From Octopus sinensis (lineage: Eukaryota): a DNA stretch of 20,711 nt. The notes beneath the pieces were generated by a model. That model was given only the letters and a program-made list of their open reading frames with translations. It was not told the DNA's origin and made no database searches. Positions 1-10,800 of the stretch are shown in pieces. The stretch is taken from contig NW_021823950.1 of the NCBI RefSeq assembly GCF_006345805.1, positions 1 through 20,711 of the forward strand, written 5' to 3'. Within the stretch, counting starts at the first letter, position 1; each line of letters starts with the position of its first letter. The translations under genes and the position numbers were made by a program.

Positions 1-127
1 TGTTGGGAAGGTAGGGGGTTCTGATCGATCGGCTTTGATTGTAAATGTAAGAGGAAGTAATTAAAACACAAAAACATTGATTCTATAATCGATATTGTAG
101 CTAAAATGGAGTCTGCAACTAATGTTA

Positions 128-338
128 CCACTACTACTACTACAACTACTACCAACACTACTAACGATAATTATACAAATAATTCTATTAATAATGATGA
201 TGATGTGTGATGATGATGATGATGATGTTGATGATGATGAGGAAGAGGATGATAATTTCTTTTTATTGAAATCATTATAACAACAACAATAATAATAATA
301 ACAGTAATAATAAAAAATAATAATAAAAATAATAATCA

Positions 339-387
<49 letters not shown>

Positions 388-726
388 CATTATTATTATT
401 ATTATCATTATCATTATTATTATTATTAAAATTATTATTATTATCATCATCATCTCATCATAATCTATTACTAATATTTCAATAATAACTCCAACTAATA
501 TTATCGCTACTATTTTTGTTACTACTACTACTACCCCTGCCACTACCACTACCACCTCACATTCTAATATTTATAGTACTGTTATTAATCCTTCTAGGAC
601 AGCTATAACTACAATTATTTCTACTCCTAGGTCTAATAATACTACTACCACTACTATCATTTTTCCTCCTGCTACTACTCATTCTACTGCTACTAATCCA
701 AATACTACTACAGTAATAACAACTAC
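128..726. repeat. Compound trinucleotide microsatellite/low-complexity region (ACT, GAT, AAT, ATT)
   Basis: Directly visible runs: (GAT)n ~196-241, AAT-rich ~280-335, (ATT/ATC)n ~340-455, ACT-rich 500-726. The 164-aa minus-strand ORF is only poly-I/S/Y. Confidence 0.9.
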
Positions 727-749
727 AAGCCAACAAGGAGCTTAAGAAG

Positions 750-960
750 GATTAGCCTTTGCATGGTCGCTCCATATGTTTGATTAATTAACCGAATGTT
801 TAAAATAAAAAGTCATACATCTGAAAGTGGAAGGTCACGTTGTACAGCGTAAGCTTAAACATACAATATATAACAACCTGGGATCAAAGGCGCTTTGAAC
901 CGCATTTGATCGCAAGTTGACTCGGTCTGGTTTCACTTGGGGCTTAAACGGCAACAATAT
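750..960 (+). mobile_element. Degraded copy of a ~200-bp dispersed repeat (family B, SINE-tail-like)
   Basis: catggtcgctc (762-772) is identical to 8931-8941. The end 'ggtttcacttggggcttaaacggcaacaa' resembles the reverse complement of the 7335-7375 end. Confidence 0.45.
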
Positions 961-974
961 TGAACAGGTAAGGA

Positions 975-1170
975 AGGCTCTTCTACGTGATTCTTTTGGT
1001 CTGCAAGAAACGGTAGGTAAATCATCCTCAGCTCACACAACCTGTTGTAGTCTGTTATGAATAGGACACGTTGAATAACGTGCAGTCGTATATATCGTCT
1101 GTGTCGGAAAATAAAAACCGATGGCCATTACTGGAATGTCTTTGGCCTTATATCTGCTCAGTCAGAGATC
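975..1170 (+). mobile_element. Degraded copy of dispersed repeat family B
   Basis: tggaatgtctttggccttatatctgctcagtcagag (1132-1167) aligns with the reverse complement of ~7374-7407 (tggaaagctttgatcataggtctgctcagtcaagg). Confidence 0.6.
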
Positions 1171-1214
1171 ATAAACTTTCAGATACTGACGATGAGAACA
1201 ATAAGGACAGAAAC

Positions 1215-1319
1215 TGCAGCAGCGGCAGCAGCAGTGACGACAACAATAACGTCAACTGCTACCACCACCACCACCACTACTACTACTACTACCACCACTA
1301 CTACTACTACTACTGTTAC

Positions 1320-1356
<37 letters not shown>

Positions 1357-1370
1357 TAATAATAATAATA
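1215..1370 (+). repeat. Compound microsatellite (CAG, CAC, TAC, AAT)
   Basis: Directly visible runs. Confidence 0.9.
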
Positions 1371-1588
1371 TCCAAGGGTTTTGAAAAACATATTAAGAAT
1401 ATTGGAGCTGCTGTCAGGCTCGAAGCGATCCAGAAGACAGCATTGTTGGGTACAGCTCGCATTCTAAGGAGAGTATTGTCTCTTTGAGTCACATAAGGAG
1501 GCACTACTTGAAAACTTTGGTGATTTGGTATTGCCTGCTTTCAAGTAAAGAATACCTGGTAATTAAGAACTATCCGAGAGTCTTTCAG
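1371..1588 (+). mobile_element. 5'-truncated 3' end of an RLE (R4/Dong-like) non-LTR retrotransposon, copy 1
   Basis: 1371-1487 translates to SKGFEKHIKNIGAAVRLEAIQKTALLGTARILRRVLSL*. QKxALLGTAxIL is the typical C-terminus of R4/Dong-type ORFs. A ~100-bp 3' UTR follows, and (AAT)n flanks both sides. Confidence 0.85.
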
Positions 1589-1601
1589 AATAATAATAAT
1601 A

Positions 1602-1647
<46 letters not shown>

Positions 1648-1808
1648 GTAATAATAATAATAATAATAGTAATATATGATAAAAATAATATAATAAATAT
1701 ATAATAATTATATAATTTATAATAATATAATGATAATATAATAATATAATATAATATAATAATATAATAATAATAATAATAATAATGATGATGATGATGA
1801 TGATGATG

Positions 1809-1842
<34 letters not shown>

Positions 1843-1862
1843 TGATGATGATGATGATGATG

Positions 1863-1924
<62 letters not shown>

Positions 1925-2207
1925 AATAATAATATAATAATGATAACAATAATAATAATAATAATAACAACAACAACAACAATAATAACGCTAATAATAA
2001 TAATGATAACAATAACAATAAGAAGAAATAGTGATAATAATAATGATCATCATCATCCTCCTCTTGATCATGATAATGATGATGATGATGATGGTGGTAG
2101 TGGTAGTGGTGGTGGTGGTGTGGTGGTGGTGGTGGTGGTGGTGATGATGATGATATAACTACTATAACTACTGCTGTTGCTGTTGCTGCTGCTGCTGCTG
2201 CTGCTGC

Positions 2208-2238
<31 letters not shown>

Positions 2239-2290
2239 ACTACAAAAGTAATCGTTGCTATAGAAATAACAATAATAACAGCAACAGCAA
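1589..2290 (+). repeat. Compound microsatellite (AAT, GAT, AAC, GGT, GCT) containing a 54-bp higher-order unit
   Basis: GAT blocks start at 1787, 1841 and 1895, separated by AAT blocks. (GGT)n ~2093-2142, (GCT)n ~2172-2238. Confidence 0.9.
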
Positions 2291-2399
2291 TATCCATTGG
2301 TTATACATCAGAAGAGCAACATCAGCGAAAAACAATGGCATTACCAATTCCAAAGACTGTGAGGATAAGCAGAAAGTAGGAAATAAGAACAGGATCTAT

Positions 2400-2634
2400 G
2401 ATGGGGAGGAGGGAGGGGTGGGGAAAAGGGAGAGACGGGAAGAGGAAGGGGGAGAGAGAGAATCGTAGAAAGAAAGAAAGGGGGAAAGAAAGAAAGAAGG
2501 AAAGAGGGAATGAAGGGAGGAAAAATTGAAAGAAAGAATGAAATAGAAAATAGGAAGGATAGAAACGAAGAAACAAGCAAACTGATAAACAAAGAATGAA
2601 GGAATAAAAGAAAGAAAGAAAGAATGAAGGAAAG

Positions 2635-2667
<33 letters not shown>

Positions 2668-3099
2668 AAGAAAGAGAGAGAGAAGGAGGGAAAAAGAAAG
2701 AAAGAAAGAAAGAAAGAAAGAAGGAATGAAGGAAAGAAAGAAGGAAAGAGAGAATGAAGGAATGAAGGATTGAGAAAAGAAAGAAATAAAAAATAGGAAT
2801 GATAAAAACAAAGAAGCAAACAGACAAACAAGCAAAGAATGAAGGAATAAAAGAAGGAAAGAGGGAAAAAGAAAGAAAGAAAGAAAGAAGAAAGAAAGAA
2901 AGAAAGAAAGAGAGAAAGAAAGAGAGAGAGAAGGGGGAAAAAGAAAGAAAGAAAGAAAGAGAGAAAGAAAGAAAAAGAAAGAAAGAAAGAAAAAGAGAAA
3001 GAAAGAGAGAGAGAGAAAGAGAGAAAGAGGGGAAAATAAAGAAAGAAAGAAAGAAAGAGAGAAAGAGAGAAGAGAAGAAAGAAAGAAAGAAAGAAAGAG

Positions 3100-3130
<31 letters not shown>

Positions 3131-3240
3131 AAGAGGGAAAAAGAAAGAAAGAAAAAAAGAAAATGAGAAAGAAAGAAGGAATGAGAAGGAGGACAGAAGG
3201 AATGAGAGATGCATTAGTGACAAATAAAGAGAGAGAAGAC
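2400..3240 (+). repeat. Polypurine (GAAA/GAGA)n tract with an internal ~240-bp duplication
   Basis: Almost purely A/G on the + strand. Landmarks 'aaaataggaa' and 'caaagaatgaaggaataaaagaa' recur at ~2547/2590 and ~2790/2833. Confidence 0.9.
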
Positions 3241-3419
3241 ATCAATGAAATGAATAGTTCATTGAATGATAATTAATCAGAACTTGGAAAGTTAACAGAT
3301 TAACAAATGGCATTTAATTAATTTTATTTACATAATTGAAAATCATTTTTCTTTGTATTGTTTTAAATTTATTTAGTAATAAAAAGAAATTTTAGGGCCC
3401 AAGAAAAATAGAACACGAA

Positions 3420-3775
3420 TTGTGACGGCGGCGGCCGGGGTGGTTGTGGTCGTGGCCGTCGTCGTCGTCGTGGTATTTGTGATGATGACTGTATCAAGGG
3501 AAGTCGTAACGTTGGAGGTGATAGTGGTGGTAATGGGAGGTAATCGTTGTGTTTCTGAAAATGGTTCCATTTCATTGAGGTGGAGACGGTGATAGTGGTT
3601 GTAGTAATGGAGGCGATTTTGTGGTGGTGGTGGTGGTGGTGGTGGTTATTGTGACAGTGGTGATGTCTTTGACGGAGATAACATTTGTGATTGTAACTGT
3701 GGTAGTGATTGTGTCAACGGCGGCATTAATAGCGATGACGGACGTGGTAGCTTTCGTAGGTTAAGGTGACGGTGT
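3420..3775 (+). repeat. Degenerate GGT/GTC/GTG low-complexity tract
   Basis: (GTC)n ~3458-3471 and (GGT)n ~3623-3646. A ~35-bp imperfect duplication lies at ~3517 and ~3587. Confidence 0.7.
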
Positions 3776-3859
3776 TAGCTTACTAAATGAGGCGAATCGT
3801 TTGCATAATTATTAAAGCATTGGCTAGACCGATTTGCTTGCACGCTGCAGCACTACTAT

Positions 3860-4090
3860 AACACATTTGAAAATTTAAGTAAATATAAGGACCTTCAAAA
3901 CCAAAAGTCTCAAAATTGTGACATCTAAGAACAACGATTGTAATTTCGATCATCGGAGCAATGGAGGCAATACAACATGTCGCTCTTGAACACTATGGCC
4001 AAATATCAGGAATCTCGAATGTAACAGAACTACAAAAAATTGTTTTTATGAGTACAGCCGACATCCTGAAAAATACAAGATATTCAACAG
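3860..4090 (+). mobile_element. Old, degraded 3' fragment of an RLE (R4/Dong-like) retrotransposon, copy 2
   Basis: 3860-3895 gives NTFENLSKYKDL. After a frameshift, 3907 onward gives VSKL*HLRTTIVISIIGAMEAIQHVALEHYGQISGISNVTELQKIVFMSTADILK. This matches the K..KYxDL / W..K..VxPxxIGAxG / LQKxxLxGTAxIL end of RLE ORFs. Not in the ORF track. Confidence 0.7.
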
Positions 4091-4292
4091 AAAAATACTT
4101 GAATTTCTTTAAAGTTTTTCGAGCATTTCAGAACTGAAATATTATAAATTTCACAGAATCTGACCGCCTTCGCATACATCGTATCGTTGCTAGTCATAAA
4201 TAGCAGCCATTTGAAAATGGCCGATTTGCTGTTACTTGGTGTTTCGAGGTGACACTTCGAACAGCTCATATGAAACAAGGCAGCACTACCGA

Positions 4293-4394
4293 AAATAATA
4301 ATAATAATAATACTAATGATGATGATGATGATATAATAATAATAATAAATAATAATAATAATAATAAATAATATAATAATATAATAATAATATA

Positions 4395-4469
<75 letters not shown>

Positions 4470-4492
4470 TAATAATAATAATAATAATAATG

Positions 4493-4524
<32 letters not shown>

Positions 4525-4525
4525 C

Positions 4526-4559
<34 letters not shown>

Positions 4560-4567
4560 TGATGATG

Positions 4568-4609
<42 letters not shown>

Positions 4610-4629
4610 TAATAATAATAATAATAATA
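4293..4629 (+). repeat. (AAT)n/(GAT)n microsatellite
   Basis: Directly visible. Confidence 0.95.
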
Positions 4630-4827
4630 TACATAACAAAAACACCAGGACTTACAAACACATATAACATACAGAAAATTGCACTACTAGGCACTGCACA
4701 CATCCTACCTAGAACACTTTCCATACAATAACCATCAGAGCATCACAACAAATCACAGTACATACCTAAAGCACACAGAGCTGCGCTCGGTAGTGAAGTG
4801 AAAGCACGCTATAAAAGAAAAAAAAAA
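4630..4827 (+). mobile_element. 5'-truncated 3' end of an RLE (R4/Dong-like) retrotransposon, copy 3
   Basis: 4630-4731 translates to YITKTPGLTNTYNIQKIALLGTAHILPRTLSIQ*. The 3' UTR ends in an A-run that merges into (AAT)n, and (AAT)n also lies upstream. Confidence 0.85.
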
Positions 4828-4867
4828 TAATAATAATAATAATAACGATGATAATAATAATAATAAT

Positions 4868-5756
4868 TGTCAGGACTGTATCGAAAGAGAGGAAGACGGC
4901 TTACGGTCGTGTATAAAAAATGCCGTGGAACCACTGTTTAAATGCACGAAGAAGCCCGGTGTCATCAAAATTGAAAATTGAGTAAAATTTTGAAAGAAAT
5001 GAACAAAAAAATGCATGGAATGAAGCGAAATGTACGGTCAGTTTGCAAGATATGTGAACACCAAGACAGATACAGAGGACCTGTGGCTAAGGATGAAGAG
5101 GAATGACCTGAAGATAGAGACAGAAGCACTCATATGCGCAGCTGAAGAACAAGCGTTAAGGACTAACTATGTGAAGTGCAGAACTGATAACACTACCGAT
5201 AGCGACAAACGCAGAATGTGTGGTGAAAGGAATGAAACAGTATGGCTCATCGTTAGCGAATGCCCGAAATTGGCACAACGCGAATACAAGCAACGTCATG
5301 ACAATGTGGCAAGAATTATCCATTGGGAGCTCTGTGGAAATCACGGCCTACAAAGAGCAAAAATGTGGTATAAGAAAACCCCAGAAGAACTGCAAAATTC
5401 TGTGGGATGTAATGATCCAGTGCGATCACTGGACGAGACATCCGAATCCGGATATTGTTTTGGTGAATTAAAAGAAAGAACATGTATGATAATCGACATA
5501 GCATTCCCCAGTGTCAACAAGATCAATGTGAAAGAGAAGAAAAATAGACAACTACGACAATACGAAGGGTGTGGTCAATGAAGAGAGTAGAGGTGATACC
5601 AGTAGTAATTAGGGCACTTGGAAGTATCAGCACTCAACTACTAGCATGGCTGAAAAAGATTGGTGCAAATGTAAAGATAGAACACCTACAAAAAACGCAG
5701 AGTTCTTGAAGCATGACCAGTAAACAAGTGTCACCTCAGTCTGCTGGCTGTGGGCA
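4868..5756 (+). mobile_element. 5'-truncated RLE (R4/Dong-like) retrotransposon, copy 4: pseudogenised C-terminal zinc knuckle and PD-(D/E)xK endonuclease region
   Basis: ORF 5030-5581 contains MYGQF, W..DLKIETEALICAAEEQALRTN, a decayed CCHC knuckle (KRRMCGERNETVWLIVSEC) and YKQRHDNVARIIHWELC. Shifted frames give KILWDVMIQCDH..NPDIVLVN, CMIIDIA, WSMKRVEVIPVVIRALGSI..EHLQKT and RRVLEA* (stop 5714-5716). Several frameshifts and deletions. (AAT)n on both sides. Confidence 0.92.
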
Positions 5757-5757
5757 A

Positions 5758-5800
<43 letters not shown>

Positions 5801-5820
5801 TAATAATAATAATAATAATA

Positions 5821-5858
<38 letters not shown>

Positions 5859-5876
5859 TAATAATAATAATAATAA
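5757..5876 (+). repeat. (AAT)n microsatellite
   Basis: Directly visible. Confidence 0.95.
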
Positions 5877-5947
5877 GACTGAGTTTCTTTGCCCTAGGTG
5901 TCGAGAAGTCACTCGGTAAAAAAGGAAAACAAAACTGAAAGAAGAGA
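5877..5947 (+). mobile_element. Possible 3'-UTR-only remnant of another AAT-associated retrotransposon (copy 5)
   Basis: A ~70-bp complex island between AAT runs ending in A-rich sequence and then aataataat, like the neighbouring element ends. It has no coding sequence, so the call is positional only. Confidence 0.35.
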
Positions 5948-5991
5948 ATAATAATAGTAATGATGATGATGATGATGATGATGATGATGTT

Positions 5992-6082
5992 GATGGCTTG
6001 AAATTTTGTCGTACAAGGCCAGCAATTTCCGGGGAGTGTACAAGTCGATTACATCGCTTCCAGTGCTCAATTGGTATTTCTC
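5992..6082 (-). mobile_element. SINE 3' fragment (family C)
   Basis: aaattttgtcgtacaaggccagcaatttccgggg...gtcgattacatcgcttccagtgctcaattggta resembles the reverse complement of ~19855-19925 and the + strand of 19281-19314. Confidence 0.7.
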
Positions 6083-6159
6083 TTACGTCACGGCGGATTG
6101 TATACGAAACATCAGTTTATATATTTCAGAGATGTTATGTAAGTCAGAACGTGATAGTG

Positions 6160-6258
6160 TGAGAGGAATAGAAAGAGAGAAAGAGACAGAGAGAGAGAGG
6201 GAGAGTGAGAGAGTGTGTGAATGTGTGTTTTTTGCTTTATGTATGTCTGTGTGTCTCT
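6160..6258 (+). repeat. (GA)n/(GT)n microsatellite
   Basis: Directly visible. Confidence 0.8.
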
Positions 6259-6332
6259 ATGATACGCCGACGTACATATGTATAGTAATTATTGATTAGG
6301 TAACAGTCTTCTGTTGTTTTCCTCTATACCTC

Positions 6333-6337
6333 ATATT

Positions 6338-6374
<37 letters not shown>

Positions 6375-6453
6375 GCAACAACAATAACAACAACAATAAC
6401 AATAATGATACTTAGTTTTATTTTTATTTTCATCATCATTATCATTATTATTA

Positions 6454-6493
<40 letters not shown>

Positions 6494-6519
6494 CACTATT
6501 ATTATTATCATTATTATTA

Positions 6520-6567
<48 letters not shown>

Positions 6568-6660
6568 TATTATTATTATTATTATTACTATTGTTGTTGT
6601 TATTATACTATTGTTATTATTATTATTATTATTATATTATTATTATTATTATTATCATTA

Positions 6661-6702
<42 letters not shown>

Positions 6703-6740
6703 CACTATTATTATTATCATTATTATTATCATTATTGTTA

Positions 6741-6771
<31 letters not shown>

Positions 6772-7230
6772 CATTATTGTTATCATTATTATTATTATTA
6801 TTACTATTGTTGTTGTTATTATTACTATTGTTATTATCAGTTTCATCTGATATCATCGTTGTTGGTGTTATTGTTGTGACTGCTGTTGCACTTGTCGCTA
6901 TTCTTGATGTTGTTTTTCTTGTCATTGTTGTTGCTGCTGCTGCTGCTACTGCTGCCGTTCCTGTTGTAGTTCTGTTATTATTATTCTCGTCATTGTTGTT
7001 GTTGCTATTATTGTTGTTGCTGTTGTTGTTATTCCTAATACAGTTTGATATTTGTTTATTTTCCGTGTATTTTTTCTTCTATATTGTTAATAACGTTGAT
7101 GTTACTTCAGTCGCCATCTTTGTTCAAAATATTATTATTGTTTTTGCTGTTCCTGTTATTAATATTGTTGTTATTTTAATTTTTTCGTTTTTGTATTTTA
7201 TTTTTGTTTGATTTTTGATTTTTGATTTTT
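6333..7230. repeat. AAT/AAC run followed by long (ATT/ATC/GTT/GCT)n microsatellite and low-complexity sequence
   Basis: AAT/AAC at 6340-6408, then the complementary motif ATT from ~6420. ORFs here are poly-I/L/Y/N. Confidence 0.92.
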
Positions 7231-7231
7231 C

Positions 7232-7272
7232 CAGTTTCAGCTAATGAGCTGTGGCCATGCTGGGGCACCGCC
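7232..7272 (-). mobile_element. Short SINE tail fragment (family A)
   Basis: gtttcagctaatgagctgtggccatgctggggcaccgcc is the reverse complement, with a few changes, of ggcggtgctccagcatggccgcagtcaaatgactgaaac at 10122-10160. Confidence 0.8.
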
Positions 7273-7334
7273 ATTATTGGTTTTCTTAATTTTGGTTTTT
7301 TAATTTCTTACGCATTCTTCTGTTAATGTGGTTG

Positions 7335-7535
7335 TTGTCGTTGTTATTGTTCTTGCTGTGTCTCTAGGTCAACCTTGACTGAGCAGACCTATGATCAAAG
7401 CTTTCCAACAATGACAACCTCCACCTTATTTTTAAATAATAAAATTGTGTCTTTCATATTATTAGATGATACTGTATGCTCTGAGGGAAAATTTGGCTGC
7501 TATTTCTCGTTGTTCAATCGACCTCATAGAGGCAC
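7335..7535 (-). mobile_element. Dispersed repeat family B, reverse orientation
   Basis: The reverse complement aligns with 1132-1167 and with 8931-8967 (gaaatagcagccaaat versus gaaataacaactaaat), and ends in an (AAC)n-like tail. Confidence 0.65.
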
Positions 7536-8539
7536 CATTATCCTTCTTCTTATTATTATTATTATAGCTGCTGTTGTTGTTGTTATTATTGTTAATGTTA
7601 ATATATTTCATTCCTCTATTTTGTTTTCGTCTCCTTTTTCTTTTTATTTTGTTTTTCCTATTTGTTATCTTGGATATTGTTTCTTATGTTATATTTTTAT
7701 TGAAAATGTTGTTGTTGCTGCGGCTACTGCTGCTGATCCTGTTGCTGCTGCTTTTGCGGTTTTTGATGTTCTTTATAAATTCCATGTTGAAATTTGTAGC
7801 TATTTTTGATAATTTTTCAAAAATATTTTATTGTTTTCATTTGCCTTGTAATTGTTATTGCTGTTTTTTTTTCATTTACTTCCGTTCTTATTGTTAGTGA
7901 TGCTGTTGTCATTTCTCTCCCTTTTATTATTGTTGTTCTTGTTCTTATTTTCGTAACTATCTCATTTCGATTGCAAAAATTTTAATTATTTTACTGAAAG
8001 TTTAATTTTCGTTTTTCAATTGTACATCGGTTTTATCAATAGAAGCCATCAAAGATATCGATATAGCCTCTAGCAAGATGGCGTCTAAATGAAACAAAAA
8101 AATTATCGATGTGACTTGCCTTCAGCTAAATAGATTTTTGAAAATAAGTGCATTCATATAGCCTGAAGCGAAGATAGAATCGAATGGAAAATAATTCACA
8201 ATACAGGCATATAGAAAGAATATGCAGCTTCCATTGAAGGTGATTTCCATACTAGCATGTATTGGATTATTTAGCTTCTGTCAAGACAAATTTAGAAAAT
8301 TAATGGCACCGATATAATCTATATTTAGTATAAGGTCCGAAACGAAAATAAAATCTGATATTGGACTGCATAAATACTTATGTAATTTCAAATTTGACAA
8401 CAGGGTATAGTAAGATTACTTACAGTACGAGATAAATGGATTTAGATATGGTTGTCTTCTTCCAACGTTCTCTTTGAAAATATGTGATATATTAGTTAAA
8501 TCCCGATAATTTGACCCTTGGAAAAGTCTCTTCTAGTTT

Positions 8540-8635
8540 TGCTCCTTGGACAATTGTTTTCTACTGTCGCTTCGGTTCGACCAAAAACTTTTGGGTGAAA
8601 TTTGGTGGATACAAGTTGTATAGTAACTCAGTGGA
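8540..8635 (+). mobile_element. Degraded SINE body fragment (family A)
   Basis: ccttggacaattgttttctactgtcgcttcggttcgaccaaaaacttttgggtgaaatttggt aligns with ccttgggcaagtgttttctactatagcctcgggccgaccaaagccttgtgagtggatttggt (9861-9922). Confidence 0.75.
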
Positions 8636-8924
8636 CGAACTCTTCTTGGGACGTAGATTTAATCCATTACTGAGTTAAAACCATCACCCGGGTTTTTAGT
8701 GGTCTGGGATTGGGTGTTGAGGGTTGCGATTCCTTAGCCTAAATCTCCGCTGTTGTTAGCATTCTATCCAGGTCTTCACTCTGTGGATAACTTGAACATT
8801 TCCTCTCATCAGTTACGGAATACAGGTAAAGGGTCCTCGGAGCACCCTTCCCCTCTGACTCAGGCATTAACCAAAAACATTGGTCTCTAACCAATGATTA
8901 CTCCACTTTTCACCCAACAAAATG

Positions 8925-8973
8925 TCTCTACATGGTCGCTCGATCTGCTAGAAATAACAACTAAATCACCCTA
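8925..8973 (+). mobile_element. Short fragment of dispersed repeat family B
   Basis: catggtcgctcgatctgctagaaataacaactaaatc matches 762-772 and the reverse complement of ~7490-7527. Confidence 0.55.
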
Positions 8974-8979
8974 AATGAG

Positions 8980-9280
8980 AAAGCATGTGACCAAATGGCT
9001 TATGATCATAAAATCGTGGGTTCAATTCCCGAACCAGGCAGTGTACTCAAGCGAATTACTTCATATCGTGTTACTTGACAGTAAAGGAGTGTCAGACAAG
9101 TGCTGGTGCAAACCTCTCTTTCTCCAGCTTCCACATTCTGGACTTACCACTGATTAAAGTGTTAAAAGGGACGAGAGGCTGTTTATGTATATCATCACAG
9201 AATAATCGCCTGAAAGAATTAGCCAAAGCAGGTTACATGCTACCAAACATTGCACCCTTGCACACTCGTGGATAATGTTT
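8980..9280 (+). mobile_element. Degraded tRNA-derived SINE-like element
   Basis: B-box-like gggttcaattccc at ~9018-9030, with head layout similar to the 10954 element. The 3' boundary is uncertain. Confidence 0.4.
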
Positions 9281-9784
9281 TTGAATATACTCCATCTCTG
9301 TCTCTCTTAAACTCAAAGGCCACCGTCATAGGAAATGAAAGGACGCTTTATATAGTCGATCATAAATTTAAACTGGAAATTCATGCTTTGATCTTTCGTC
9401 TTAGATCGATTCGTCAGAGTTGTCCGAGTGCTAAATCACATTTATACAAAAGAAACAAATTTCTTAAGGAAAGCTTTCGAAGTGAGAATATTTCAGCGTA
9501 ATAATGTCTCGGGAAACAGTTTTTATCTTGTATGTATTCATTAAGAACCTTCTTTTCTCTCTATTGTTAAACTACTAACGTTCTATGAAGAGAAAAAGCA
9601 AAATAACACACATTTCATTAACTTCCTAGAGAGTGAAATGATTTCCATTTTTAATTAAATTTCTCCCTTCTAAAATCTTTAATAAGTCACAGGCTGAATT
9701 ATGCTGATGAACTCTAAAAAGAATGAAATTGTACTATTTATGATTAACACTGACAAGAAATATTGAGAACTTTGTAATAACTAT

Positions 9785-10175
9785 AGGCGCAGGAGCGGCT
9801 GTGTGGTAAGTAGCTTGTTTACCAACCACATGGCTCCGGGTTCAGTCCCTTTGCGTGGCACCTTGGGCAAGTGTTTTCTACTATAGCCTCGGGCCGACCA
9901 AAGCCTTGTGAGTGGATTTGGTATATATGTATATATGTATATATATGTATGTGCGTGCGTGTATGTTTGTGTGTCTGTTTGTCCCCCTAGCATTGCTTGA
10001 CAACCGATGCTGGTGTGTTTATGTCCCCGTTACTTAGCGGTTCGGCAAAAGAGACCGATAGAATAAGTACTGGGCTTACAAAGAATAAGTCCCGGGGTCG
10101 AGTTTCTCGATTTAAAAAAAAGGCGGTGCTCCAGCATGGCCGCAGTCAAATGACTGAAACAATTAAAAGAGTAAT
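9785..10175 (+). mobile_element. Near full-length tRNA-derived SINE (family A)
   Basis: A-box-like ggctgtgtgg (~9797) and B-box-like gggttcagtccc (9838-9849), an internal TA/TG microsatellite, and an A-rich end. Partial copies occur at 7232, 8540 and 16750. Confidence 0.88.
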
Positions 10176-10675
10176 TAAATGAGAAAATTAAACAGTGAAT
10201 CCTGCGGAAATTTTCTTCCTGTAATTCCTTCAAATTTACATTTTTGGCAAATAGTACGAAGAAATGATTATCACCATTCTAATAGCAGCCACCACAATGT
10301 GAACAACACGTGGCTTTTCCCAAAATAATTTAATTAGGCACACTCAGATTCAAGCTTTACAAAAGAAGAATTGGGTATGCTATTAGCGACCATTACTTCA
10401 ATCCCGAGGATATTACTGCTAATAATATTCATAGATTATCACAGAAAGTTTAATTTGCGAATTTCCGAATTTCCATCACGTGAAGGTTTGATCTGATGGA
10501 GCTAAGAAAACTTGAAATTAAACTAAATAAACTGCCGCATCAGCCATCTGACTTTTCTAAATTAATATAGATTGAAATCTAAATTCTCGAGCAAAATTAC
10601 GCTTATCAGCGAACGTTTATAGATTCTTAATTAATGAATATATGGCAATGTGTCTGCTAGCAGAAATGCATTCCT

Positions 10676-10680
<5 letters not shown>

Positions 10681-10726
<46 letters not shown>

Positions 10727-10800
10727 TATATATATATTCAGATACATATATGTGTATGCATTTGTGTGTATGTACTTGTGTGTATGTGTGTGTGTATATA
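10681..10800. repeat. (AT)n/(GT)n microsatellite
   Basis: Directly visible. Confidence 0.95.

Noticed and set aside
5030-5581. 183-aa ORF as an intact or domesticated gene
   Set aside because: The zinc-knuckle Cys and His are mutated, the endonuclease motifs are split across frames and the RT domain is absent, so it is a decayed retrotransposon fragment.
61-7211. Poly-I/Y/L/H/N and FLSF/KERK ORFs that look like membrane or charged proteins
   Set aside because: They are by-products of AAT, GAT and GAAA microsatellites.
8222-8317. 31-aa ORF MQLPLKVISILACIGLFSFCQDKFRKLMAPI resembling a signal peptide
   Set aside because: It is too short, has no convincing splice donor or recognisable homology, and hydrophobic ORFs are common in AT-rich DNA.
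8685-8880. GC-richer segment reminiscent of a LINE 5' UTR
   Set aside because: No downstream ORF or second copy supports it.
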